Source: Isurus oxyrinchus
Taxonomy: Eukaryota
Direction of reading: 5' to 3'
Assembly (NCBI GenBank): GCA_026770705.1
Contig: JANJGN010000026.1
Coordinates: 35,464,001-35,528,000 of the forward strand
DNA length: 64,000 nucleotides
Position numbers and translations under genes: made by a program. The notes under the pieces were generated by a model. It worked only from the letters and a program-made list of their open reading frames with translations, was not told the DNA's origin and searched no databases. Below are positions 27,726 through 40,519 of this stretch, piece by piece (the stretch's first letter is position 1; every line of letters begins with the position of its first letter).

Positions 27726-28054
27726 TCACTGTTAATAGTACAATGGACCTTATCTTGTTTATTATTGCAGCCGTCCATATCTCTACTTGTGTTGCAATTG
27801 GTCCTTTCCCAGTTATCACTACACCTGATGCTGCTGCTGTTTATATCACGCATATCATGCACCAGTTATTATTACATTAGGCCGTGCTTCTGTGGACACT
27901 CCAATTAACGATTTTCCAGTTCACACTGTAGTACAACCATGTTTTAATTTATATTTCACTGCAAATTGTGTTTCGGTGTTTTACACTGAACCAAGCTTCA
28001 GTTATCACTGCCCTTGACCTGCTGAACTTCTCTCACTGATGACTGTACCAGACC

Positions 28055-28720
28055 ATACGAACACACGAGCATACGAACAAGGAGCATGAGTAGGCCATTC
28101 AGCCCCTCGAGCTTGCTCCACCATTTCATAATATCATGGCTGATCTGACAGTAACATGAAATCTGCATCCTGCCGACCCCCGATAACTTATCACCCCCTT
28201 GCTATCAAGAATCTATCCACCTCTGCCTCAAGGCTCTGCTTCCACTGCCTTTTTATGGAGAGAGTCCCAAAGATTCACGACCCTGAGAGTGAAAATATTC
28301 ACTTCATCTCCGTTTTACATGGCTGACACCTTATTTTTAAACAGTGACACCAATTCCAGATTCTCCCACAAGAGGAAACATCCTCTCCACATCCACCCTG
28401 TCAAGACCCCTCAGGATCTTATATGCTTCAGTGAAATCACCTTTTACTCTTCTGAACCCCAGAAGACATAAGCCTAGCCTGTCAAACCATTCCTCATTAG
28501 ACAACCCACCCATTCCAAGTATTAGTCTAATAAACCTTCTCTGAACCTCTTACAACACATTTACATCATTCCTTAAATAAGGTGACCAATACAGTAGACA
28601 GTACACGAAACATGATCTCACTGGTGCCCTGTATAGCTGAAGCATAACTTCAGTACATTTGTATTCAATTCTTCTCGCAATAAATTATAACATTCTATTA
28701 GTTTTCACAATTACTTACCA
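28055..28720 (-). mobile_element. CR1 LINE 3' fragment
   Basis: Short tandem tail (catacgaaca) followed by the reverse complement of the CR1 C-terminal region. Confidence 0.75.
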
Positions 28721-28989
28721 TTTCTCCTTTTATCTTTCTCTCAGCATTGCATCTGTGTATATAATGCTATCTGCAGTTTAACTTATTAATGCACTGGACC
28801 ATGCCTCTATATACACTACAATTGACCTTTTCTCTGTTGTTACTGCACTAGACTATTTCTCTATTTCTATTACATTATATGATGCTTTGTTTATTAATGC
28901 ACATAGCCATGCCTCGATATATACTGCAAGTGGCAATTCCTGAGCTGCTGTTGCATTGTACAAAGTCTCAGTTTGTATTTTATTAGGAT

Positions 28990-30146
28990 TTATCTGACAA
29001 CCAAATTGTGGGAAAAGTTATAGCTCATGGAATAAAAGGAACAGAAGCAATGTGGTTACAAAGTTAGCTGAAAAAAAGGAAGCAGGGAGTAATGGTCAAT
29101 TGATGTTTTTCGGGCTGGAGGAAGGTTTGTAGTGCAGTTCCCCAGGGGTCGGTATTGGGACCCTTGCTTTTCCTGATATATATTAACCATCTAGGCCTTG
29201 GTGTGCAGGGGACAATTTGAAAGTTTGTGGATGATACGAAGCTTGGGAGTGTTGCAAACTGCCAGGGGAATGGTGTGGAACTTCAAGAGGACACAGACAA
29301 GTTGGTGGAGTGGGCAGATAGGTGGCAGATGAAATTCAATGTGGAGAAGTGTGAGGTCATGCATTTTGGTAAGAGGAACATGGACAGGCAAAATAAATAA
29401 GGGGTGGAGTTTTGAAAGGAGTGCAGGAGCAGAAAGACTTGGGTGTAGATATGCATAGATCATTGAAAGTGGCAGGACAGGTGGAGAGAACAGTTAATAA
29501 AGCATATAGTATCCTGCGCTCTATTAATAGGGGCATAGAGTACACAAGCAGGGAGGTTATGCTGAATTTATATCGTTAGACCTCAGCTGGAATATTGTGT
29601 GCCGTCCTTGGAACGATATCAAAGGAAGTATGTGAAGATATTGGAGAGAGTGCTGAAGAGGTTTAGAAGAATGTACCCAGGGATGAGAAATTTCAGTTAT
29701 GAGGGGAGATTGGAGAAGCTGGGATTGTGTTCCATGGAGAGGAGAAGGCTGAGAGGAGATTTGATTGAAGTATTCAAAATCATGAGTGGGCTGGACAGAG
29801 TAGAGAGGAAGAAACTGTTCCCATCCGTAAAAGGATAAAGAACGAGAGGGCACAGGTTTAAAGTGGTTTGCAAAAGAAGCAAATGTGACGTGAGAACTTA
29901 CTTTTTCACACAGCGAGTGGTTCGGCCTGGAATACACTGACTGGAAGTGTGAGGAAGGCAGGTTCAACTGAGGCATTCAAAAGGGCGTTAAATGATTATT
30001 TAAATAGAAACAAAGTGCTAGGGTGCGGGGAAAAGCCAGGGCAATGGCACTATGTCAGAATGCTCATTTGGAGGTCCGATGCAGACAAGTTGGACTGAAT
30101 GGCCTCCTTCTGTGCCGTTAAAGTTCTGTGATTCTATGATTCTGTG
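28990..30146 (+). mobile_element. CR1 LINE RT fragment with 3' tail
   Basis: [18 protein letters not shown](V)DDTK and RRRLRGDLIEVFKIM motifs; attctatgattctgtg tail. Confidence 0.9.
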
Positions 30147-30747
30147 ATATTACTCTTTTAGGCTGTTTCATTCATTACTGTACTCTTCTATGTCTCACCT
30201 TATGTTATAAAGGTCCAATCCCATTTATTAATACACTAGACCAAGTTTCAGTTATTACTTCACTATAAAAAGCCTCTGATAACTGTACAGAGGTGGAGAG
30301 AGAGCCAGGTGAACAGGTGAGTATTAATTTTTAAAATGTCATAATATCCTCTGGGTCAAAAGGTTTTGAAAGAATACATTTAGTCTTGCTGCTAACTATT
30401 AGGCGTTGTGTGCAATTTCTAATTGCTCTAGTGTGATGTGTGTACTGTTTGTGCTGAAAGGTTGGGCTGAATCTTGTAACATTCCCTTCATCAATGAGGT
30501 TGAGGATTAGAAACAAAGATGAACCACATTGCACTGCACACTGCACAACTTAGTCACAAACTGCATTGTGTTGGAGATGACAAATTCATACTTGAGCTTA
30601 TCAATGACAATTGCTCACAGGCTTCTTTAATTTACAGATATTTTTCCATCTTTCAACAGGAATGTCTGTTTGCTTTTGGCATGGTCACTGATTGTGAGAG
30701 ACAAGATCTGAAGGCGAATGAGCGGCAGCAGGCTCCTAATAACCAAT

Positions 30748-30881
30748 NNNNNNNNNNNNNNNNNNNNNNNNNNNNNNNNNNNNNNNNNNNNNNNNNNNNN
30801 NNNNNNNNNNNNNNNNNNNNNNNNNNNNNNNNNNNNNNNNNNNNNNNNNNNNNNNNNNNNNNNNNNNNNNNNNNNNNNNNN
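30748..30881. other. Assembly gap (134 N)
   Basis: Run of N. Confidence 1.
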
Positions 30882-31588
30882 GCTGAGCATGCGCGTGTGC
30901 CTGTGCGTGTGTGTGTGAGTGTGAATGTGTGCGGGTACATCTAGAGCATATCATGCTTCATTGCTTTCAAAAGACATTATAATTATTTTTCAGCAAGTTA
31001 CGATAGTTTATTGAGAATATATCTATATGCTGCCTATGCTGCCATTAATATTTATCGGTAATGCATTGTCTTGAGTGCACTGGAAAGTAATGTCAAGCTG
31101 GCCATTCCATTATCATGGTAAATACATATTTGAAATGATTCACTGAACTTCTTCCCTCTCTTCCTCTGTCTCAGAATACACCTAAATCAGTTAACCTCTC
31201 TTCTCTCTCTCAGACTTCACTTAACTCACTTACACAGACTCACAAGAGCCGGATCTGGCAGCTTCGAGGAACCGATGTTTAAATCTTTTGCTTAAGGCAC
31301 ATTATCACTGAAAAAAATTAAGTGACAAAACCTCATCAGAGGAAAATTCAGTGCCATAAAGACATCAGCTCACTCACTTAACTTCTCTCCTCTCTTTCTC
31401 TCAGGCAGCACCAAACCCTCTTAAAACTTTCCATTTTAGAATAACCCCCTGTGAGCGGATTTATTGTTTTAATTTCCCCTCTTTTCTCCCAGTGATAACA
31501 TTCAGTCAATCTCGCCTTCAGTTAATATGTTATAACCAAAATAACCTCGTTTATTTAATTCTTTAAATTGGGAATGGAGGTGAATGTA

Positions 31589-31861
31589 ATGCTGAGGCCG
31601 ACAGCAATCTGTGTGGTTGTTCTTGATGCTGTCAGAGTGAGTTCACCCTCACAGGCAGGAAGACTGTCCACGGTGATAACATGAAACTGACGCCTGCTGT
31701 TTCATTCTCAGGTAGCACAACTTCCTGTTTCTCTACTGCAGGTTCCAAACCGCACATCTCACTTCTGAGCAGAAAATAAATCCAGGGGCCACAATCTGGT
31801 GAGAACATCTGTCAAGGCGGCCTATTTCTGGCCACAGAGTCGGGGCAGAGTCACACAGACC
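31589..31861 (+). pseudogene. Possible heavily deleted V-gene relic
   Basis: Leader-like MLRPTAICVVVLDAVR|gtgagt, ~105-nt intron ending ctgcag, short exon with a stop, ...AAYFW then CACAGAG-13-ACACAGACC. Confidence 0.25.
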
Positions 31862-32989
31862 ACATTGCGGTGACACTTACAAATGAGCCTGTGTGATCCG
31901 TTTAGAGCTTCCATTTCCAGGACATAACTGGATTGTCAGTCACTGAGCTCCCTGGAGTCCCTAAAACGGGGAAATGAGATCTTGCTACCTTTCATTTTTC
32001 GTTGTCATGCTCCACCACCCGCGCCCACTCTAACTCCTCCTCCACACCCCACTAACACCGCTCCCCCACCCCTCCGCTACCCGCTAGGCACACACACTTT
32101 CCCTCCAAACTTGTTTCCTCTGTTTCTCTGCAACATTCCGTCTCCCTTTGTCATTTTAAGTCTCCTTTCCTAGTTTTATATCTGTTTATTTCTCTAGTGT
32201 ATCTCTCTCCACCTCTCTGTGTCTATTAAATAGAAGCGTTCAAAATCATGAAAGTTACGATATTGTGAATAAAGAGAGACTATTTCAACTGTAGGAGGGT
32301 CAGTAACCAGCGGACGCTAATTTACTTTTTTGAACAGGAAGGCAGGAGGATAATTGTTTATTTTTTTTTAACACGGCGAGCTGTTCTGAACTGGAAACAC
32401 AACTCGAAAGGGTGATGGAATCAGGTTAATAGTAACTTAGTAAAATGAATTCTATAAATACTTAAAGGGGTTAAAATTTGAAGGATTACAGGGAATGGGA
32501 CAAACTGTAATGCTCATCTATATCGTTGTCCCAGCAGCTTTCCTGTATCTACTTCTGTCCCTCATTGAGCCCAAATAAAATGCAATAATTACACAGCTTT
32601 CGTCTTCTGTTAATCCTGTCTTTTGACAGCGCTCGAGTGTGTCGATAATTGCCAGGAATCATTCAGAAATTCACTACTGTTTACAAATCTCTACATTGTA
32701 CGAAATAATAACACTGAATAGAGCTTGTTTAGTAGAAAGCACGATTATCTTTAACATTTTCGGCTCTGATTTTTCCTCTAGTGAGGTTTCGGTGTTCAAT
32801 CTTTTCAGTCATCATGTGCCTCAAGCTGAAGATTTAAACATTGGTTTCTACAAGCTGCCGGGTCCGGCCCTTGCGTGTCTGTGTAAATGAAGAACTGACG
32901 GTAAGAATGAGAAGGAGTAGATTATTTTCTATTCCTCTGACAGATGCAGCATTGACCCCTCAGATATCAGAAATCTCTGGAGTCCGCCA

Positions 32990-33100
32990 TAAATCAAGTT
33001 CTGTCGAAGGGTCATGAGGACTCGAAACGTCAACTCTTTTCTTCTCCGCCGATGCTGCCAGACCTGCTGAGTTTTTCCAGGTAATTCTGTTTTTATTATT
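32990..33100 (+). mobile_element. Short Penelope-derived element
   Basis: Nearly identical to the right arm of the 11.3-kb element. Confidence 0.75.
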
Positions 33101-34199
33101 GTCCTCCCCTTGGGTATAACATCTCTTGGTCAGGTGGAGTCAGTCACACGGGCCTATATCATGATGTTTCCGCTCCGTTTTTACCACACAAATCCCTGGG
33201 TCACTCACTATAACACAGAAGCTTGCGCTAAGGCCCTAAACGTCATTGCTTCCTCACACTTTCACACCCTATTACGATCAGATGTTTATCAGACCCCCTG
33301 CCTCTCTTAATGGAAGCAGCAGCCTCTGTTATTTTTACACTGGAGCCGGCCTGTGTGATTAGTATTGGATCAGGCCCCAGTCTGGCCCGGGCCCGGCAGA
33401 CAGAATTCCCTTTGCAAATCCAAGGAGGGAGATGTTGTTTGTATTTTTGGAGAGGGCGGGAAGGTCAAAGCAGCAACAGTGTCCCAGGAACGCGTCCTTT
33501 GCTGGATGGAGAAACTGTCTAGAGCTTCTCTGTCTTTAATTCCTCCTCCTGAGTGTAAGAAAATAACGGATAAAAGAACAGAAAGGCAAATATAAAATTA
33601 ATATAATATAAAATATATAATATATGATATTTTAAAACAAATATAAACTCTCACCGTGAGCACTGGTCAACTCTCTGGATTGAGGCTTCAACCCACAACC
33701 TTTTGACCCAGGGGTTAATAGTGACGCTAATTCGACAATGTTGACATGATGTATCCGCAATTCCCATTGCATTAGTACAACGGCAACACATGACAGATGC
33801 TACAAATCTAAAATAAAAACCGAATGTGCTGGGAATCCTCAACAGGTCAGACAGCAGGTGTCGATCCTGTTTGTTTTCCGGGTCGTCATATACTTTGCAG
33901 CCTTGTGGAAAGTATGGAGAGGCGAGAGGATTTTGTAAACTAATTAAAAACCGGCGTTCTGTCACACCAACACTCTTCCCGTTGTCAACGGAGCCTGGAG
34001 TTGAATCTGAAGCTCAAAAGCAGGAGGACGACCAACTGTACCATTCGGGAGTGCAGTGGCTGTGGAGAGAAGCAGAGTTAAAGTTTCTAATCGATGACCC
34101 CGGTTCTGCTGAAGGGTTATTGCCATGAAACGTTCACTCTGTTTATCGCCACAGATTCTGCCTGACCTGCAGGGTAATTTCAGAATGTTATGTTTTATT

Positions 34200-35220
34200 T
34201 GCTATTACACTAGACTGTGTCAGTGTTATTACACCAACTCCATCCCATTCATATTGCAGTGGTGCTTGACTCTGTTATTATACATTAGGCAGAAGATTTG
34301 CTATTGTATCAATTGACGTTGTCTCACGCACTATTATATCAAGCCCAACTTCGATTTGGGTGGATCAGATGCTGACTCTGCCGTTATCACACTGGATCCA
34401 GTGAATATTCATTGACGCAGTGCAACCCGCCATCCCCTGTTATCATCAAACATTGCATTTGTTACACACAACTTCCCTGATTTTAATCTGTTCCCTGTAT
34501 CCTATCATTGTATAAAACGCTGTCTCTGTAATAGTTGTACTAAGAACAGACCTGCCACTGAAATTCACATGCAAACCTCTCTCATTATTTCTGAAAACCT
34601 TGTACCTATACTTTTCAATAGGAACCTGTTTCTGATATTTTTAATGTTGATCTTGCTTCTGTTAGGGATCCACGATGACCTCTTTCATTTGTTGTTTAAT
34701 GCAAAACAATTTTGCAACTATGCTTACACAAAAACTTGTACACTGGAATGTTATACCAGGTCCCCTCTCTGTCTTATTCCTGAACTAGCCCATTTCTCTG
34801 TTTATGTTACTCCCAGAGAAAGTTTGTGTTATCACTGTTCTAGCGCATGTCTCTGTCTGTATTAGACCAGTACCTGTTATTACTGCACCAGCCGATTTCT
34901 CTGATAATATTTGACCAGGTTCTGTCTCTCCAAATTACTAAACTACTCCATATCTCTGTTTCTATTACACCAGGTCCTGTTACCGTTATTATGCTCCAGA
35001 CTATATTTCCATTTATATTACACCAAGCCTGTCTCGATTATTACTGCACTAGCCCATATCATTGGTTTCATTACATCATCTGTCATTACCTAAACAGCCA
35101 ATATCTCTTTTTATGTTGCACGAGATCTCATCTTTGTTATTCTGCACTGGCCCATATCTTTGCTTATGTTACACCAGGTCCGCTCTCTGCTTATGCTGCA
35201 CTTGATCCTGGTTTATTTTC
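34200..35220 (+). repeat. Highly diverged 27-bp satellite
   Basis: Residual ctctgtttatattacactagacc-like periodicity. Confidence 0.55.
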
Positions 35221-35834
35221 AGACCAATCAGGCAAAAATGATTCGAGCGGTTGCGGTGGAATTTGTGAAGATAATGATAAAAACAGTGGAAACAGAAATA
35301 ATGGAATTTCTCTGGAGAGCAGCAGGAGTTTCAATTCTTCTCATCAACAGGAATAATAAGCCGGAGAATTACAGGTGTATTTATCTCATGTCAGATATAG
35401 ATAATGTTTTATTTTTGCCATCATTTGAAGAAGTAACCTCACATTCGATATATATCAGGAGATTCTGTGAGATGCTGAGTTGCCATTTGTTCATAAGCTG
35501 CTTGTTATTCTTGATGGGATTTAATTCACTTTCCAACTGACCATCGGAGACAAATAAACCTACCTCAGAAACTAAGTAGTCAGTCTGATATCATTTTATA
35601 AACAAATGCACACAACAGAATAGTTATCAATAAATTGTTACAGTATTAAACAATCTGCGACTTAAATAAATGTGTAGTTTTGCATTTGAACACAATCACT
35701 GAAGGATGGAATGGACTGAAGATTGTCACTGAGAGAAATGAAGGGAAATTATTGAAAAAAATGGATTTTCTCCTAAGAGTGTTATTAGATAACAGCAGAT
35801 TCGAAATGAGTAAGAGGCTGTGTCAGAGACTGAA

Positions 35835-35876
35835 AGAGAGAGAGAGACAGAGAGAGAGAGAGAGTGGGAGAGGGAA

Positions 35877-35918
<42 letters not shown>
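35835..35918. repeat. (GA)n microsatellite
   Basis: Direct inspection. Confidence 0.95.
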
Positions 35919-35922
<4 letters not shown>

Positions 35923-36369
35923 TACAGTGAGTTAGACGCTGCCTCAGACAGAGAGAGAAGAGATATTCAATGAATTTGGTGATGGACGTGATCGTCTTAG
36001 TAACGACATGGTCAGTATGACATCACTTCCTAAACAAAAGTGCACAACGAAACATGTTAACAATAAACATTTGCGGTACTAAATCATCCGTAGTTACATT
36101 CTGAGTGAAAGAAAATTAAGCATTGAAACATTCTGGTGGAGGTCATCGTTAATCTTTGAGAAATGACGGTATAAGCAAGAAGCATGTTCTTTGTGCATAC
36201 AACACACATAACAGGCGACACCTGATATACAATTTCCCTAACTGAAACTAAATGAAAATAACTGTCAGGTGCTGCAAAGAATGGGCCATCAAATACCGCC
36301 CGTTTTAGGCCAACTCCAGAGAAAAATTCTCACGTCAACACCTTTGTTTATAATATTACCCCTCCAAAT

Positions 36370-38300
36370 CACAGAGACATAGAGCACTGCAGGAATAACA
36401 GTGACATGGTCGAGTCTAGAAATAATTGACGCAGGTTTAGCGCAGTAATTACTGAATAAGTACCTGGCTTAATATCAATTGATATTAATCCACTCTCGGG
36501 GCTAGGATCTGGTGCATAGATTAATAAACTCCTAGAGAGGACCTGGTGCAGTAATAACTGAGATTGCCTCTCGTGTAAGATAAATAAAAACATGATCCAT
36601 TGGAATAAAAACAGAGACAAAGTGTGTGTAATATAAGATGTATGAACTCGTGCAGCAACAACAAAGGCAGGCTTGACCTTTGTATGTAAAAACATTGGGT
36701 CCAGAGACTTTGCCATAGGTGATGCAACCAGAGCCACGGCCGAAATCGGAACAGCTGAGACGAGGCCGAGCACTGAAATAACTGCGGCAGGGACTGGTGT
36801 AATATTATCATAGACATAATCTATTTCAATATAAACAAAGTCAGGGTCTGGTGCAGTAGTACTGAGACAGGGCTGAGTGCTCCAATTATTGATACAGCAC
36901 CTACAGCAATATAAACCGCGACCGAGCCTAGTCTCAGCGATTGCTGAGCCAGGATTTAGTGCATTAATAACAGACTTGGCCTTGTGTAATATAAACAGGG
37001 ACATAGTCTGTACAGCCATAACAAATACAGGATCTAATCTAATTTAAACTGAGACAACGTCTAGTGTAATATAAACTGAGGCAGGTTCTAGTGTAATATA
37101 AACTGAGACGGGGTCTAGAGCAATATAAATTGAGACAGAGTCCAGTGTACTATAAACTGAGACGGGGTCCATTGTAATATAAACTGAGACAAGGTCCAGT
37201 TTAATATAAACAGAAATAAGGTCCAGCGTAATGTAAATGGAGACAGGCAGGGGAATACGTACTCAGGTGTGGTCTAACAGAATATAAGCAAAGACGTCAT
37301 CTAATGTAATATAAACAGGGACATGATCTACTGGAATAAAAAGTGAGGCAGTGCCGAGTGCAGTAATAAATGAGGCAAGGCCTTGTGTAATATGAACAGC
37401 AACATGGTCTAGTTTAGTAATAACCAAGACAGGATCTAGTGAAAGGAAACTGACACGGAGTATACTGTAATTTTACCTGTTACAGGACCTTGACTAATGT
37501 AAACTGAGACAGAACCTAGTGTAGTAATTACCAACTAAGTGCCTGGATTAATATAAAGAGATGTTGGCAAGTGCAGCAATAAGAGAGACATTGTATTAAC
37601 AATAGTGACAGTGACAGGGCATCATGTAATATAAACAGGGACATAGACATAGCATTGACCGAGACATCCACTAGTTTAGTATAAATGTGGCAGGGTCTAT
37701 TATTGCAATATCTGAGACAGATATTGTGTCATGCAAACTGGAACATGTTCTGGTTTAGTATAAGCAGAGACAAGTACTCTTGGAGTAACAGCTGAGACAT
37801 GGGCGATTGTCATATCAGCCAAAATATGGCTCAATGCAATCATAACGAAGGGAATGTCGAGTGTAATATGGCCTTGACAAAAACAGAATTACCTGGAAAA
37901 ACTCAGCAGGTCTGGCAGCATCAGCGGAGAAGAAAAGAGTTGACGTTTCGAGTCCTCATGACCCTTCGACAGAACTAGTTCAACTCTTTTCTTCTCCACC
38001 GATGCTGCCAGACCTGCTGAGTTTTTCCAGGCAATTCTGTTTTTGTTTTGGATTTCCAGCATCTGCAGTTTTTTTTGTTTTTATTATTATAGTAATATGG
38101 CCTTGGTCCGTTGTATTAACAACTGAGATTGGGCCTATTACAGAAATAACTGAGACACGACCGATTGTAATATGATCAGAGATTTGAATTAGTGTAATAC
38201 ATATAGACACAGGGTCAAGTTTATTATGAACAGGGACATGGTCCAGTGCAGTAATGATTGAGACAGTGTGTCTGTTTCATGAAATGCCAGTAATCGCTGT
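36370..38300 (-). repeat. Diverged 27-bp satellite, reverse orientation
   Basis: Clear tagtgtaatataaactgagacggggtc units at 37040-37230. Confidence 0.8.
37877..38091. mobile_element. Penelope-derived inverted-repeat element with 14-bp TSD
   Basis: TSD gtaatatggccttg at 37863-37876 and 38092-38105. Confidence 0.8.
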
Positions 38301-38384
38301 TCTACTGCCATCTACTGGATAGACCCCGCTATTGCAGATACTATGAAAATATCGGTTTCAGTGACTGCATCTGATATCAATGAT

Positions 38385-39670
38385 AGAATCATAGAATTCT
38401 TACAGCGCAGAAGGGTGTCATTCGGCCAGTCGTGTCCGTGCTGAACCCCTGAAGAATCAGTTAACATATTGTCACTCTTTCCCTGTAGCCCAGCATTTTA
38501 TTTCATTTTCAGGTAATGATCCGATTTCTTTTCGAAACCATCAATTGTTCCTCAATCCACCGGACACTTAGGCAGTGCATTCCTTACAGCTCACTGCGTG
38601 AAAAAAAGTTTTTCCTCTAGTCTTCATTGTTCCTTCTTCAGATTACTTTAAATTTGTGCTCTCTGGCTCTCGAACTTTCAACGAATGAGAACAATTTCTC
38701 CCTATCTCCCCTATCCAGGCGCTTCATGATATTTAATACCTCAGTCAAATCTCCTCTAAACTTTAGCTTCTCCAAGGAGCTTAAAACCAACTTCTTCACT
38801 CTTTATACATAACTGGAGTTCCTCTACTGGAACATTTTCCATGAATCTTTCCTGTGCCCTCTCTTATGCCTTCAAATTCTTCCAAAAGTGTGGTGCCCGG
38901 AATTGGATGCAATTCTCCAATTGAGGCCTAAGCAGCGTGTCACACAAGTTTAACCTGCTTGCTTTAATACTCTTTTATCCTACTGATAAAGTCAGGACGC
39001 TGCATGCTATATTAAGCAGGCTCTCAACTTGTCCTGCCACCTTTTAATAATTTATACAGATCAACATCTGCTCCTGCAGCCCCTTTGGAATCATACTCTT
39101 GAATTTATATTGTCTCTGGGTGTTCTTCCGACTAAAATGAATAACTTCTCACCTTCTCTGTGTGAAATTTCAGCTGTCACTTTCCCACCCATTCCACCAA
39201 CCTGTCTATGTCGTTTTCAATTTCTACACTATCCTCCTCATGGCTCACGATGTTTCCACATTTGGCAATGTTTCCACATTTCGCATCGTCCACATATTTT
39301 GAAACTGTACCCTGTACACTAAATCTAGTTCATTAATAAATATTATGAAAAACAGGCGTACTAGAACCGATCCCTGGGGAACTTCATTATAATTCTTCCC
39401 ATAGACCGATAAACAACCATTCAAAACTACTCTTTGTTTACTGGCACCCAGACAATCCCCTATCCATGATGTTACCGTCCATTTTATTCAAGCGATACCC
39501 AACTTTTTTCACAAGTCCATTGTGGGGCGCTTCATCAAATGTCTTTTGGAAGTCCATGTAAACCACGTCAGCAGCATTATCCTCATCAGCCATTGCTGCT
39601 GTGTCATCGAATAACTCAAGCAAGTTAGTTAAACATGATTTACCCTTTACCGCTCCATACTGGCTTCGTG
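38385..39670 (-). mobile_element. CR1 LINE RT fragment
   Basis: ADVVYMDFQKTFDEAPH (RT motif YxDFxKAFDxVPH) and tail atagaatcatagaat. Confidence 0.85.
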
Positions 39671-40519
39671 TATCCAGAACCCATGTCTATGATGTGGAAA
39701 GTCCCGATATTTAAGGTGCAACTATTGCAGATTAACGTGACTGATCTATGCACTTTAAGATGAGCAAAAGAGCAAAGTGTCTAAATTCATATTTATTAAT
39801 TCTTGATGATCTTGTCCAACTCAACATATGCGACGTGGGAAGTAATTATTGGATCATGGTACGACCTGAAATATGATGGCAGTGATTTCCCCGATACATC
39901 AGGTGTTGCAGAACTTCCGAGGTAGCCAGGTTGGGATGTTAAGTTGAAGTGTGTGTGTGTGCGTGTGTGTGTAAATGTGTGTACACGCATCATTTGTTTA
40001 AAAGTGAAGTGCACAAAAACAAATGATTATATTCACGTATTATGTTCCAGATTTTATTTTATTCAAAATGTAATTGCTGTTCATTTAGTATCGTTAACAT
40101 TGACTGAGAAGACATTGAGCGTTCCCTCACCAGAGAACCCCTCTGTTCCTAGTATTCTGTGGGAAATAGGACCAAATTATTCCAAAGAGAACGAGCAGCT
40201 ACCCACCAGTCTCTGCGTTTTATTGTTAAGTGTTCGGCTCAGCATTAAACAGAAGCTCTTGATATAAACATCGAGAGGGTGATAATTTGTGCAACTGATT
40301 GCAAAAATGATAACGATCTATACTTGACCTGAACTTACCCGGTCTTAAAATCCCTCTTTATTATTTCCCTTACTTGGGAAAGAATGAAACACTTGCTGCT
40401 CTCCAAGAAGTTTCACACTATTTCTGTTGCCATTTTACTCCTTCTTAGCCTGTTGCGTGCATTATTTCCACACCAACGTCTTCCAATATCCTTGGGCATG
40501 ATCTAATATAGCAATGTAG

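Noticed and set aside
30519-30954. ORFs spanning the N run
   Set aside because: Artefacts of the gap.
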